Shown here piece after piece: positions 1-14,239 of a DNA stretch of 64,000 bases. The notes under the pieces are model-generated. The model saw only the letters and a program-made list of their open reading frames with translations, was not told the DNA's origin and did no database searches. Position 1 is the stretch's first letter, and every line of letters starts with the position of its first letter. Both the position numbers and the translations under genes were made by a program. The DNA is from Octopus bimaculoides. Taxonomy: Eukaryota. The stretch is taken from contig NC_069003.1 of the NCBI RefSeq assembly GCF_001194135.2, positions 10,756,182 through 10,820,181 of the forward strand, read 5' to 3'.

Positions 1-39
<39 letters not shown>

Positions 40-1311
40 CATATACATGTATGTATATATATATATATTTGAAATCATAATTTTTTACATGGCCACTCGT
101 TTGAACTCTGCACAGTATAGCAGTACTTTTGGTAGAGTCTGCAAGCTTGACTATCAATAAGTATCAGTCGTTGGTTTATTTCCTTCTTGAAACAACAGCA
201 GCTATTTATAGGTGCTGCTGTTTGAACCAGGCCAAGTATCCAGTGAGTGTGCATATGTGCGTGTAAGTGCATGTGTGCGTGTAAGTGCATGTGACTGAGA
301 AAAAGATTGTGTGTACCAGGCCTTTTATGAAGGCAATAGTTACTGGCTCGAGAGCTCCTGTACACAAGTACATAGCAAGGAATGGCTTACAGTGAAGCAG
401 CTTGCCTCTCAACGACATGGTTGTGTGTTCAGTCCCACTGCATGGCACCTTAGCAGATTGTCGTCTGCTATCTGCTATAGCCCCTGAGCCAATCAAAACC
501 TTCTGGGAAAATGAAGTTGGGAGAAGGAAACTGGAAGAAACCAATCACGTGTGTGTGTGTGTGTGTGTGAATATATACATATNNNNNNNNNNNNNNNNNN
601 NNNNNNNNNNNNNNNNNNNNNNNNNNNNNNNNNNNNNNNNNNNNNNNNNNNNNNNNNNNNNNNNNNNNNNNNNNNNNNNNNNNNNNNNNNNNNNNNNNNN
701 NNNNNNNNNNNNNNNNNNNNNNNNNNNNNNNNNNNNNNNNNNNNNNNNNNNNNNNNNNNNNNNNNNNNNNNNNNNNNNNNNNNNNNNNNNNNNNNNNNNN
801 NNNNNNNNNNNNNNNNNNNNNNNNNNNNNNNNNNNNNNNNNNNNNNNNNNNNNNNNNNNNNNNNNNNNNNNNNNNNNNNNNNNNNNNNNNNNNNNNNNNN
901 NNNNNNNNNNNNNNNNNNNNNNNNNNNNNNNNNNNNNNNNNNNNNNNNNNNNNNNNNNNNNNNNNNNNNNNNNNNNNNNNNNNNNNNNNNNNNNNNNNNN
1001 NNNNNNNNNNNNNNNNNNNNNNNNNNNNNNNNNNNNNNNNNNNNNNNNNNNNNNNNNNNNNNNNNNNNNNNNNNNNNNNNNNNNNNNNNNNNNNNNNNNN
1101 NNNNNNNNNNNNNNNNNNNNNNNNNNNNNNNNNNNNNNNNNNNNNNNNNNNNNNNNNNNNNNNNNNNNNNNNNNNNNNNNNNNNNNNNNNNNNNNNNNNN
1201 NNNNNNNNNNNNNNNNNNNNNNNNNNNNNNNNNNNNNNNNNNNNNNNNNNNNNNNNNNNNNNNNNNNNNNNNNNNNNNNNNNNNNNNNNNNNNNNNNNNN
1301 NNNNNNNNNNN

Positions 1312-1524
1312 ACGCACAGCACATTTCCAAAGGTCTCGGTCAGTTGTCATCACCTCGGTGAGGCCCAATGTACGAAGGTCTTGCCTCACCACCTCAGCCC
1401 AGGTCTTCCTGGGCCTACCTCTTCCACGGGTTCCCTCAACTGTTAGGGTGTGGCACTTTTTCAGGCAGCTATCCTCATCCATTCTCACCACATGTCCATA
1501 CCAGCGCAATCGTCTCTCTTGCAC
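1312..1524 (-). mobile_element. RTE-clade LINE ORF2 C-terminal fragment
   Basis: QERRLRWYGHVVRM...EGTRGRGRPRKTWAEVVRQDL is the typical RTE/BovB-like C-terminus; the left end runs into a gap. Confidence 0.88.
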
Positions 1525-3438
1525 ACCACAACTATATTATAAGCAACAGGCTTCTTTCAGTTTCCATCTACCAAATCCACTCACAAGGCTTTGGTCAGCC
1601 CGAGGCTATAGTGGAAGACACTCGCCCGAGGTACCATGCAGTGGGACTGAACCCAGAACCATGTGGTTGGGAAGCAAGCTTCTTACCATACAGCCACACC
1701 TACATATAAATTAATAATAGTTTTACTCAGCTCAATATGACACAGTCGTGCATAGGACATGTCCATCTCATGTGTGCTCCACTCATGTGGAGTTGAGTCA
1801 AACTGTCAGAAAAATAATAACTGCTACCAAATACGAGTACCACTCTTCTTGGTTTTATTTGTCTCCTATCTTGTGTATGTGTACTTAACCATCTTGTCTG
1901 GCGCAATAACAGTTAAGCCAGCTCGTGACATTGCAAGTCGTTTTAATACCGTCACAGTTAAAACATCAATTTGATATATATCATATTGTACCTTGATACA
2001 ATGTGGACTAGTTCCCTGTTATGTATGATTATGCTGGATAATAAGGATAAGGTAATCAGATAAATGGATATGCATTAATTCGTATTTCACAAACAACACT
2101 TATTTTAATGCTGTTGACACTGCTGGACTGAATGGTACTGTCCAGGTGTCGAAACCATAGTGATATCCATGGGGCAGTTGATGATGGAGGTGTGTTGGGT
2201 TGTTGGTATGGCTGTTATTGTATGTGCAGAATAGTTTTTTGTTTTTTTATAAGACATCCATTTGGTTTATATTTTGGCTAAAGTTTTGGAGAAGGTGAAA
2301 ATCAAAATTTACTATCTCATTTATTCTTTTACTAGTTTCAGTCATTTGACTGTGGCCGTGCTGGAGCACCACCTTCTAGTTGGGGAAATCGGGCCTAGGC
2401 TTCCCAGGACTTATTCTTTGTAAGCCTAGTATTTATCCTATTGGTCTAATTTCCTGAACAGCAAAGTTACAGGACATAAACACACCAACATCGGTTGTCA
2501 AGCGGTGGGGGGTGGGGAGCAGTTACATAAATATACANNNNNNNNNNCAAGTCTCTTCTACGATAGCCCCGGGCTAAGCGATCAATGCCTTATGAATGAA
2601 TCTGGCAGACAGAAATCGTGTAAGTTTGTTCCCCCCGCCCAACGTTTGACAACCAGTGTTGGTTTGTTTACGTCTCTGTAATCTAGCAGTTAGGAAAGAG
2701 ACTGATAAAATAAATGATACCTGACCTTTTTTTCAAATACGGGTACGGGGAGGAGGCGATATGTTTGGCTAAAACCCTTCAAATCGGTTCCATCCAACAG
2801 GGCCGCAATCCAATGACTGAAACAAGACACGTGGTTACAAAATTTCTCGCATAAGTTTTCTATAATCGCACTATAATCAAATAAGCTTCTAGAAAGACAC
2901 ATGTCAGATTTCTAATGGAACAAGTTGATATAAAAAAGAACCTACAAACATACACGTCACTTTATACAGCCATGAAGCCTTACGTAAACATGTAGGAGGG
3001 CAAGTGAATACAACTTTTCTAAGTGCATAAGCGACACAACTGAATCGAAACCAGGTTACAGAATCTAGCATAGTCATATATNNNNNNNNNNNNNNNNNNN
3101 NNNNNNNNNNNNNNNNNNNNNNNNNNNNNNNNNNNNNNNNNNNNNNNNNNNNNNNNNNNNNNNNNNNNNNNNNNNNNNNNNNNNNNNNNNNNNNNNNNNN
3201 NNNNNNNNNNNNNNNNNNNNNNNNNNNNNNNNNNNNNNNNNNNNNNNNNNNNNNNNNNNNNNNNNNNNNNNNNNNNNNNNNNNNNNNNNNNNNNNNNNNN
3301 NNNNNNNNNNNNNNNNNNNNNNNNNNNNNNNNNNNNNNNNNNNNNNNNNNNNNNNNNNNNNNNNNNNNNNNNNNNNNNNNNNNNNNNNNNNNNNNNNNNN
3401 NNNNNNNNNNNNNNNNNNNNNNNNNNNNNNNNNNNNNN

Positions 3439-3481
<43 letters not shown>

Positions 3482-6400
3482 GCGTGCGTACTACATACAC
3501 ACATATATATATATACGTACACCACATTTAGACCGGAAATATTTGCAATGTACATATGTCCACATGCAATTAGTGGTTTTCCTTTGACAAGCTGACAGGA
3601 GAGCGAACATACAAGGGAGGTAAGCCGGAAGCCTTAGTTTACTCAACAGAAGCGGCAACATATGTAGAAAATGATTGATAAAAAATTTCAATTCTGTTGT
3701 CGTCGTCTCGTCTCAACATTCATATTCCTAGTTGTTCGTGTTTTTTTACCTTTCATTTTTCAGGAGGGGGAGGTTTCTAATCAGTTTGTTTTGTTGTTTT
3801 TTTAACCTTTTCCTGCTTGTTTCGTTTATTTTAGCAAAATAAAAATTAATACGACCTGCTGTGAATTTAATAGATGGGACGGAGAGGGGATTATAAAGAA
3901 AGAGGAAGAGTTATGAAGGATGAAAAGGGGAACAAGGATATAGAAAAGCGATGGAAAAATTAAATAAAATAGCAACAGAAGAGAGATAAAAGAATAAAGG
4001 AAGAAGTGTAAAGAAAATCAAATATTTTAGACGGAGTAAAAAAAATGAGAACTATTCAATATAAAGAATGAAAAAAATATCTTATTTGTTATTTGCCAAC
4101 CTTTTCATTCTAATAAGTTACTATAAACAGAATATATTATCTAGCAATTAGAGCCAAGAAATTAAAATTTAATTTGAAAGTGATAAAATAAAACAAAAAA
4201 AAAAAAAAAAGAATTTGATGCTTAAGAAGCTAGCTTTGCAACCACGTGCTTCCAGGTTCAGTCCCAATGCGGCACCTCGCGCAAATAAGTGTGTCCTCTA
4301 CAATAGCCCCGGACCAACCAATGCATCCTGAATGGATTTGATAGACGGAAACTGTGCGGAAGCCCCTCGTGCGTTTCCCCCCCTCCACCGTCTCGCTTGA
4401 CAACTGGTGTTGGTTTGTTTACATTGTAACTTCGCCAGTCGGTAAAAGAGAGAGACTGATAAGAATAAGTACCGTACTTAAAAATAAAAAAATCACTGAG
4501 GGTGGTGCCCCAGTATGGCCGCGCAGACCATTTGACTGAATGAAACAAGTAAAAGATAAGCAATTAATATACTGAACAAATGCTCCGCTTTGCTCTTTTT
4601 TTTTTCTTTTCTTCTTTTACTAACATTAAAACTCCTAGCAACCTCTAAGTATGTCTTTAGGATATTTCATTCGTTGTTATTTTTAACAACCCACCTCCTT
4701 CATATTCAGAACTTTACTTAACGAACACTTAAAGGCTGAATATAACATCGTTTTCAAAGTGCAGACAGTGGCAGTACCTTCCGCCTCTAAACCACCGACA
4801 TATCTTGAATGCACCCCCTCCCTCCCTCCTATCATTTTGGTCTCCAGCTGTCTCTGTTCAAAAACCGCACCAACCAACTCGTGTGTCGTTCTGTGGTTTC
4901 AATTCATGCGCTCTGAGAATCAGTTGTAGATCAGATGTGCATATGTGCGTGTGTACTCTACATTCGCATCGAGTCCTACATTAGAAAACGTTTACTCATT
5001 GTATGGCAGACATTCATGCTTAAACATTCACAACGTAAACTAAACTATTCTTTTATTCTTTCACTTGTTTCACTCATTAGACTACGGCCATGCTGTGGCA
5101 CCACCTTAAAGAATATTTAATCGAACGAATCGACCCCAGTACTTCTTTTTTTTAAAGATTGGTACTTTTTCTATCAGCCTTTTTTGCCATACAGCTAAGT
5201 TACAGGGATGTAAACACACCAACAGCGGTTGTCAAACATTGGTGGGAGACAGACAGAAACATATACACACACATACATACATATACAGATGGGCTCCCAT
5301 ACAGTTTCTTATTTCTTTACTGCCCACAAGGGCCTACACACAGAAGGGACAAACGGATGCTTCGCCTGGCTGCCAGCTTCGACGACGGATGCACTGCTAG
5401 AAGCGCACTATGTTCCAGCCGCCGGACGGGCACTCTCCCTTACAGTTTCTGCCTACCAAATCCACTCAAGGCTTCTGTAGAAGACACTTGCCCCAAGTGT
5501 CACACAGTGGGACTAAATCTAATGTCATGTTGTTGGAAAGCAAGCTTCTTACCACAAAGCCATGCCTGTACCTCTATATGTGTGTGTGTGTGCTTATGTT
5601 AAAATAAGGGTAATTATTTTAAAGCACTTTTAAAAATAACATGTGAGCATTTACAGTGGGACCCGTTTCTTCTACATGTTGTAAAAGGTGACTAAAAGAG
5701 GCCAAGGTAAAATTTGCATTCTGACCTCGTAAAAACCCTCACCCAAAACAGACCCATGCGTTGAAAGGGCTGTCCCCTGAGTGTTGCAAAGTTGTCGTCC
5801 ACCAGGAGTAGGCAATCACCAACAAATGATGGATGCAGTGACGCATTGTTACAGTGCATGACCCCATACAACTTCTACTACTACTACTACTACTACTTAT
5901 AGATGGTGTGATTAAACTCAGTCAAATTTACTGCGAGGTCCTAGTAAACTCAATCTTCACAGTGTGATGATTATACCCCAAATTCTAGGTTTTTCTTTCC
6001 ATTTTTGTTTTTTCATGGCACTTTAGACTTGTCTGTATTCTCTGAACAGTTGTAACCCTATTAGGGAGGATCTTCAGAATTTGCCCATCTTTAACAACAG
6101 GCTGCTTTTTACTTTTTCCATTATGCCTTACGCTAACAAAAGGAACCTGTATATCTTCAATCTACTAGTTAGAAATAACATCTAAATCTCCCTCAAATCA
6201 CACCCAACTGTTCTTTACAAAAAAGAAAACGCTTATTGGATAATAAATAGAGGCATCATGGAGGTGTTGACAAGTGACCAAGACCTTTGGCGACATGCCA
6301 TGCTTGAGAAAACTCATCAAGCCAAGTGAAAATGTAGTTTTGACCATTGTAGGTGTCATGTAAAAGGCACCTGTACTGGTGGCACATAAAAAGCACCCAT

Positions 6401-8236
6401 TACACTCTTGGAGTGGTTGGCATTAGGAAAGGCATCCAGCTATAGAAACAACGCCAAATCAGATTGGAACCTGGTGCAGCTTACCAGTCTCGGTCAAACC
6501 ACCTAACCCATGCCAGCATCGAAAGCAGACATTAAATGATGATGATGATGCTCCAGTATATAGCTCATTTTATGAAGGACTCACCTAGCTTCAAGCAACA
6601 ATTCAATGCTTGCAATTGGCAAGAGATTTCTTTAAATCATTGGAACAGGTATTTTGTAGGCACAAGAATAGCTGTGTGGTTTCAGGTTCACTCCCACAAA
6701 AATGGCCCCTTGGGCAAATGTCTTCACCTATAGCACTGAATCAACTAAAGCCTTGTGAGTGAATTTGGTACACAGTAACTAAAAGAAGCCTGCCATGTGA
6801 CTGTGTGTGTGTGTCTCTCCCTGTTTTGGCATTGTATGATTGTTGTAAATGAATATCATACATTTCCAATATTCTGTAAAAGCATGTCTGGTCATGGGGA
6901 AATATCACCATGCTTTTGAAACAAGTGAGAGGTGACAGGAAAGGCCATAGAAAATCTGCTTCAATAAATTCTGTCTGACCTAAGCAATCATGGAAAAGTG
7001 GATATTAACACAAATGATGGTGATGATAATGAGAGCTCTCTCTTTAATGAAAACTGCTCAACTGTGAAGCAAGATTAATACTTAAAAACTGTTACTAGTC
7101 AGCTAATAAGGAATGCTACAGAAACTAAATACAGTGGCTGTTCAGTGAAGTATAACATCACCACCACAGTTCTGCACAACGACCATGTAAGTAAGTCAGG
7201 TCACAGTTATTTGGAATTATATTCTATGCAAGCTCCATCTTCGTACAATTAAAGCTGACACAGAGATTATGGTAACAAAGAGACCAATCTACTTTTAGGT
7301 TATTGTTGTTGTTATTACTGTCAGTCCAGTCTGAGTAGACCTATGATGAAATCAAAGATACTGGAGTCCCATCTTTTATCTTTTACTTGTTCCAGTCATT
7401 GGGCTGCAACTATGCTGGGACATCACCTTGAAGGATATGAGTGAAACAGATTGACCCCCAAGATTTAAGTACTTATGCTTTCAATCTCTTTTGCCAGGGA
7501 TGCAAACAAGCCAGCATTAAACAGTGGGTGGGAAGACAAAGAGAGACACAAAGACACGCAGATATATATACACACACACACACACACACATTTATGCTGT
7601 TGACATCATAAGAATTTAGAAACTTTGAGAGAACAAGAAATAATTTGTTTTTAACAGTTGAACTCAAAGTAGAAAAGCTATAAATAACAGCACGGAGTTA
7701 TACTATTTTAGCAAAGTCAAAATGGACTTCACAAACTGTTACTCAGAGTTTCATATTTGTGAAGATTTATCAGCTTTAATAAAATAGTATTTTGCTCTTC
7801 TCCCTGGTACTTGACTGCTATTTTTCCCCACTTTGTTTTGCACCAAGTGCTTACTTTGAGTGTGTGCCCATGTGCGTACTTGAAGAATTTTTTTTAGTTA
7901 AATGAATCGATCCCAGTACTTTTATTTTTAAGCCTGATATTTATTCTATTGATCTCTTTTACCAAACTACTAAGTTACAGGGGACATAAACACACCAACA
8001 CCAGTTGTCAAGCGGTGGTGGCAGACAGAGACACAAACACACACATACGGACATATATATATATACACATACACACAATGGGATTCTTTCAGTTTCCATC
8101 TACCAAATCCACTCACAAAGTTTTGGTCAGCCCAAAGCTATAGCAGAAGACACTTGCCCAAGGTGCCATGCAGTGGGACTGAACCTAGAACCATGTGGCT
8201 GGCAAGCAAACTTACAACACAGCCACACTTGTGCCA

Positions 8237-8279
<43 letters not shown>

Positions 8280-9829
8280 NNNNNNNNNNNNNNNNNNNNN
8301 NNNNNNNNNNNNNNNNNNNNNNNNNNNNNNNNNNNNNNNNNNNNNNNNNNNNNNNNNNNNNNNNNNNNNNNNNNNNNNNNNNNNNNNNNNNNNNNNNNNN
8401 NNNNNNNNNNNNNNNNNNNNNNNNNNNNNNNNNNNNNNNNNNNNNNNNNNNNNNNNNNNNNNNNNNNNNNNNNNNNNNNNNNNNNNNNNNNNNNNNNNNN
8501 NNNNNNNNNNNNNNNNNNNNNNNNNNNNNNNNNNNNNNNNNNNNNNNNNNNNNNNNNNNNNNNNNNNNNNNNNNNNNNNNNNNNNNNNNNNNNNNNNNNN
8601 NNNNNNNNNNNNNNNNNNNNNNNNNNNNNNNNNNNNNNNNNNNNNNNNNNNNNNNNNNNNNNNNNNNNNNNNNNNNNNNNNNNNNNNNNNNNNNNNNNNN
8701 NNNNNNNNNNNNNNNNNNNNNNNNNNNNNNNNNNNNNNNNNNNNNNNNNNNNNNNNNNNNNNNNNNNNNNNNNNNNNNNNNNNNNNNNNNNNNNNNNNNN
8801 NNNNNNNNNNNNNNNNNNNNNNNNNNNNNNNNNNNNNNNNNNNNNNNNNNNNNNNNNNNNNNNNNNNNNNNNNNNNNNNNNNNNNNNNNNNNNNNNNNNN
8901 NNNNNNNNNNNNNNNNNNNNNNNNNNNNNNNNNNNNNNNNNNNNNNNNNNNNNNNNNNNNNNNNNNNNNNNNNNNNNNNNNNNNNNNNNNNNNNNNNNNN
9001 NNNNNNNNNNNNNNNNNNNNNNNNNNNNNNNNNNNNNNNNNNNNNNNNNNNNNNNNNNNNNNNNNNNNNNNNNNNNNNNNNNNNNNNNNNNNNNNNNNNN
9101 NNNNTGCTACAGCAATTATAAATGAAGCTCAAGAACAAGTTGAGTGCAAATCCCTTTTATTGACCCTTTTGATACCAACCTGCCTCAGATACCAGCCACT
9201 GGCTCTAACATGCAAACTTCTGGTTTTAAACTGATTTAAACTATAACCTTCCATCCAAAATTTTCGTGTTAGTTTATGTTCCAAACAAACAGCTTAATAA
9301 GGGCGAATTTTCAAAATTAATAGAAATTAAGACTGCAAATAATTCTACACAATTATGGCAATAATTCTTCTGTATCAGAAGGCGTGGTTGTGTGGCAAGA
9401 AGTTTGCTTCCCAACCACATGGTTCTGGGTTCAGCTTTGTGACTGGATTTGGTAGATGGAAACTGAAAGGAATCCATTGTGTGTGTGTGTCCGTCCATCA
9501 CTGCTTGACAACCAGTATTGGTGTTTACATCCCCATAACGTAGCAGTTAGTCAAATGAGATTGATAGAATAAGTACTAGGCTTTGAAAAAAAAAAGGCCC
9601 GAGGTCGATTTGTTTGACTGAAAACCCTTCAAGGCAGTGCTCCAGCATGGCTGCAGTCAAATGACAGAGAATAAAAGAATAATGAAAGGGTTAAATATAG
9701 TCTGACGATCAGTCTGTGTGTTCTCAATCCATCAGAAACTGCTACCCTTCACTTAATTCTCTGATGCAAACTTCCCTTTTGTTACCATATTTATTTTGAG
9801 ATTCTCTGTGTTTCTTTCAATTATTTTAA

Positions 9830-10050
9830 CCCTTTTGCATTTAAACCGGCCATATCCGGCCCAAATATTCTACCTGTTTTATGTTCAAACTGGTCAGATC
9901 TGGCTTTGTACACTTATCCTACAATGTCATTCTAAGAATAAGCAATCACATCCTCAAAATTTCAATACTACGATGTCTTTGCATGATTAATTCAAAACAA
10001 TTTGAATAAATAAGCATTACATTTGACAGAATAATCTGAAGGCTAAAGGG
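9830..10050. mobile_element. TTAA-flanked MITE with CCCTTT...AAAGGG ends (piggyBac-like), nested in a related element spanning about 9774-10219
   Basis: TTAA at 9826-9829 and 10051-10054; TIR cccttttgcatt / aaggctaaaggg. An opposite-orientation copy lies at 53673-53882. Confidence 0.75.
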
Positions 10051-10986
10051 TTAAATGTAACAAAGAATTAAGTAAAATAACTTCGTTATCATTAAGCTAA
10101 TGTTAGGGACATAAATTGTGACTAAGGCTTGGTGGAAGATTTTAATTCAAAATTTATGGAAAACAAGACATTTGTACTCAGAGCCAGAGCTGGTTTCAGC
10201 TGGGTTGGTAACGAAAGGGTTAAAGTGATCTAAATTTAAATATTCCTTCAAAATNNNNNNNNNNNNNNNNNNNNNNNNNNNNNNNNNNNNNNNNNNNNNN
10301 NNNNNNNNNNNNNNNNNNNNNNNNNNNNNNNNNNNNNNNNNNNNNNNNNNNNNNNNNNNNNNNNNNNNNNNNNNNNNNNNNNNNNNNNNNNNNNNNNNNN
10401 NNNNNNNNNNNNNNNNNNNNNNNNNNNNNNNNNNNNNNNNNNNNNNNNNNNNNNNNNNNNNNNNNNNNNNNNNNNNNNNNNNNNNNNNNNNNNNNNNNNN
10501 NNNNNNNNNNNNNNNNNNNNNNNNNNNNNNNNNNNNNNNNNNNNNNNNNNNNNNNNNNNNNNNNNNNNNNNNNNNNNNNNNNNNNNNNNNNNNNNNNNNN
10601 NNNNNNNNNNNNNNNNNNNNNNNNNNNNNNNNNNNNNNNNNNNNNNNNNNNNNNNNNNNNNNNNNNNNNNNNNNNNNNNNNNNNNNNNNNNNNNNNNNNN
10701 NNNNNNNNNNNNNNNNNNNNNNNNNNNNNNNNNNNNNNNNNNNNNNNNNNNNNNNNNNNNNNNNNNNNNNNNNNNNNNNCACAGTCAAATGACTGAAACA
10801 AGTAAAAGAGTATTAGAAAATTACCATTTTCAAATCTCACAATGTGAGATATTCAGCAACAGTACTTTGGAGTAAAGATTGTTTGCCAACATAACATGGC
10901 AGTCCTGGTTTAGGACTAATGTTGCTGTAATTTAACCCCAGGAGACATTGTCTCCAGCTGGCTGTACGCCACAATCTGTGTCCTTA

Positions 10987-11088
10987 TATTTTCGAACAAG
11001 GGAATCTAGCATCCCCACTCAGCAGCTCAAAACACACAGATATTGTTTTGAGTTGAGTGGGGGTGCTAGATTCCTTTGTTCGAAAATA
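10987..11088. repeat. 102-nt near-perfect inverted repeat (about 44-bp stem)
   Basis: tattttcgaacaagggaatctagcatccccactcagcagctcaaaac pairs with gttttgagttgagtgggggtgctagattcctttgttcgaaaata. Confidence 0.9.
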
Positions 11089-11144
11089 GACCAAGACAAC
11101 TCTTGTTCTAGACCAAGACAACTCTTGTTCTAGACCAAGACAAC
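11087..11144. repeat. 22-bp tandem repeat x2.6 (tagaccaagacaactcttgttc)
   Basis: Exact units at 11087, 11109 and a partial unit at 11131. Confidence 0.95.
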
Positions 11145-13325
11145 GCCAGTCTGAGGTTAGGTACCTTGGAACTCTTCCTATTACAGAATCCATGACCACG
11201 ATTGTGGCAGCAAATACTGGATCACAGGAGTCAGGGTTAGAGGTACAATAAACTGAGAATTTTGACTTAGGGATTTAACACATGGACCCTCCAACCTTGA
11301 GGCGAAGTTACAAGTCATGGGGTTTATTCCACCAAGTCCTGGAGGCCTTCCAAAATAGTCAAACAGCTACTGGTGTTTCCTCTCTGGTTAAACCATAAAA
11401 AAATAAAGGAATTAATTATTTAATTAATTAAAGTACAGCAATTAGAATACAGCTTCCTGTAGAAGGAAACAGTGTTGGCAACAGAGTACAATCTAGAAAC
11501 AGAGACAAAATTAAAATTTTCATCAAATCTTTCTGACCACACAGAAACCGAGAAGAGATCCATCGCAACAGATACCATGACAGACTGATCCCTTAAGCCT
11601 TAATCCAACTTTCCAGTAACTTATGGAACACCTGTGAGAAACTGACCCCTTCCTCCTGCCCTCTCCACCACCACCACCACCACCACCAAAATTGGTGAGG
11701 CCAAACGGAAGCACTTAACAGACTGAACAAGGGAAATGAATTCACATTTCTAAAAGTTAAGTGTCTGGTATTTTATTCCACTCTTATCTGCCTATTAGTA
11801 CAGCATAAGTAATTACAAGCTAACCAATGAGGGAGCAGATGGGGGTAGAGTGAGCAGGGCTCTACATGCTGCATCCAAACTGCTAAAAACACCAGCCAAA
11901 TCTCACTCACAATCACATCCTACTGTATTAAATAAATAAAAAGAAAGAACATGTTAGAAGATGTAGTTCTAGATAAATAAGATGGGATGGTCATCAAAAC
12001 GGAAGCACTCTTCGTCATAGGTTTGCTCAATTGTGAGCCTGACATGTGGTTAAACAACAATAACTATTTCTTATTTAGGTCCAACCCATACCAGCATGGA
12101 AAGCAAAGTAGTCATTGGATCTTGGTGCAATCTTCTGACTATTTGGTTCCTGTTAAACTGTCCAGCCCATGCTAGAACCTAAGGGAAGTGCCTTCAGTAG
12201 CCATGCACCGAGCACAGCCCTGTGACTGGAGTTGTTAAATGGAAACAGGAAGTTGTGTGTGTGTGTGTGTGTGACTGTCCCTTTGCTTGGATATCACATG
12301 ATAGTTTTGAATGAGTGGACACCATCAAGCAAACAGTGTTCTTCGTTTCCAATCATTAAAACATGTCTGGCCATGGGAAAATGATAGCTTGTTTGGAAAC
12401 ACGTTAGTGTTGGCCTCAGGAAGAGCATCCAACCACAGAAAATTCACCTCGACAAAATCTGTCTGACCCATGCAAGCATGGAAAAATAAATGTTAAAATG
12501 GTGATAATAATCGAGTAAATATGTGAAGTAAGAAGCTTGCTTCCCAACCACATGGTTCCAGGTTCGATTCTACTGCTTGACACCTTGGGCAAGTGTCTTC
12601 TACTATAGCCTTGGGCCAACCAAAACTTTGCAAGTGGATTTGGTAGATGGAAACTGAAAGAAGCCCATCATACACACACACACACACATCTATGTGTGTG
12701 AGTCTTTGTGTTTGTCCTCTCCATCACTGCTTGATAACCGGTGTAGGCTTGTCTGAGTCCCCCATAACTTAGCGGTTAGGCAAAAGAGGCAAATAGAATA
12801 AGCACTAGGCTTCAGACATAAGTCCTGCTTGACCACAGTCAAATGACAAACAAGTAAAAGTATGTATGTATGACTATCCATTGTATGTATGGCCATCCAT
12901 TGTATGTATATATATATATATAGGCAAATCAAAAATAAAAACCAGTCTAAAGGATGTACACAATGAATGTATTAGGTTGATACAGAAAGAGTAAACGTCC
13001 GGAAATAATAGACTAGTCCGAGGAAAGCACATGCATGGTTATACAATATACACACACACACACACACAGATGTTGAATGAATGAGGTAGGAGTACAGAAA
13101 AAAATGCTTTAACTATCAACATGAGCAACGGTGAGATGTAATGAGGTTTATGCATTTCCCTGCAGCATCTATGAAATATAAATTATAGTCAGTATGTATG
13201 TATTTGTCTGCCTGTCTTTCTCATCAAAGGCAACTAACTGCTATGCTACTTTCACTAAGTCTGAATCTCACAGAAATACCATCAGGTCATTTAGTTAGTG
13301 AGAGATACATAGTGTTTTCACAACA

Positions 13326-13653
13326 TGTTGGCACTACATCGAGGGTTCCAGTTGATCTGATCAACGGAACAGCCTGCTCATGAAATTAACGTGCAAGTGG
13401 CTGAGCACTCCACAGACACGTGTACCTTTAATGTAGTTCTCGGGGATATTCAGCATGACACAGTGTGACAAGGATGACCCTTTGAATTACAGGTATATCA
13501 GAAACAGGAAGTAAGAGTGAGAGAAAGTTTTGGTGAAAGAGTACAGCAGGGTTCGCCACCATCCCCTTGTGGAACTTTAGGTGTTTTCGCTCAATAAACA
13601 CTTACAACGCCCGGTCTGGGAATCGAAACCGCGATCCTATGACTGCGAATCCA
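13326..13653 (-). mobile_element. tRNA-headed SINE family B
   Basis: Same ccagttgatc...acaggaagtaagagtgagagaaag...gcagggttcgccaccatcccc body. Confidence 0.85.
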
Positions 13654-14033
13654 CTTTCACAATGTATAGACATTGTAAAAATATTAACACATTCAGTTGG
13701 TTAAATACTCTGTAGAAATGCACATGAATTTAATTGTCCGTACATAAATTGTATATAATTTATAGGTGTAGGAGTTGCTGTGTGGTAAGTAGCTTGCTTA
13801 CCAGCCCCATGGTTCTGGGTTCAGTCCCATTGCATGACACCTTGGTTAAGTGTCTTCTGCTCTAACCTTGGGCTGACCAAAGCCTTGTGAGTGGATAAGA
13901 ACTAGGCTTGCAAAGAATACGTTCTGGGGTCGATTTGCTCGGCTAAAGGCGGTGCTCCAGCATGGCCGCAGTCAAATGACTGAAACAAATAAAAGAGTAG
14001 AAGAGTAATTGTATACATGTCAATCATATAGAT

Positions 14034-14214
14034 CAGTGGTTCCCAACCTTTTAACTGCCAAGGACCTCTTTTATTTAAATGAGTTTTCCCAACCATCCCT
14101 TTTAATATGCTTATCCTTATATATATATATGAAATTTTGAATTTAGTTCACAGACCCTCAGTATTACTTTTGTGGACCACCAGGGGTCCGCAAACCACAG
14201 GTTGGGAACCACCA
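14034..14214. mobile_element. About 180-bp hAT (Charlie-like) MITE
   Basis: TIRs cagtggttcccaacct / aggttgggaaccac; 8-bp flanks atatagat and atatatat (7/8 match). Confidence 0.75.
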
Positions 14215-14239
14215 ATATATATCATCATCATTTAATATA

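Noticed and set aside
402-1714. Long ORFs of 200-390 aa here and at 2904-3555, 8154-9138, 10147-10840, 27641-28605, 35347-36423 and 44422-44888
   Set aside because: They are open only because they run through N-gaps; the flanks are microsatellite or TE sequence.
7087-7186. Plus-strand open segment ...RNATETKYSGCSVKYNITTTVLHNDH|gtaagt and a nearby donor at about 3610
   Set aside because: Good donors but poor acceptors, no recognisable homology and no consistent multi-exon chain.
11150-11400. Protein-like frames (VRYLGTLPITESM on +; GRPPGLGGINPM on -)
   Set aside because: Short, stop-bounded and lacking consistent splice sites; could be a very old TE relic but cannot be supported.
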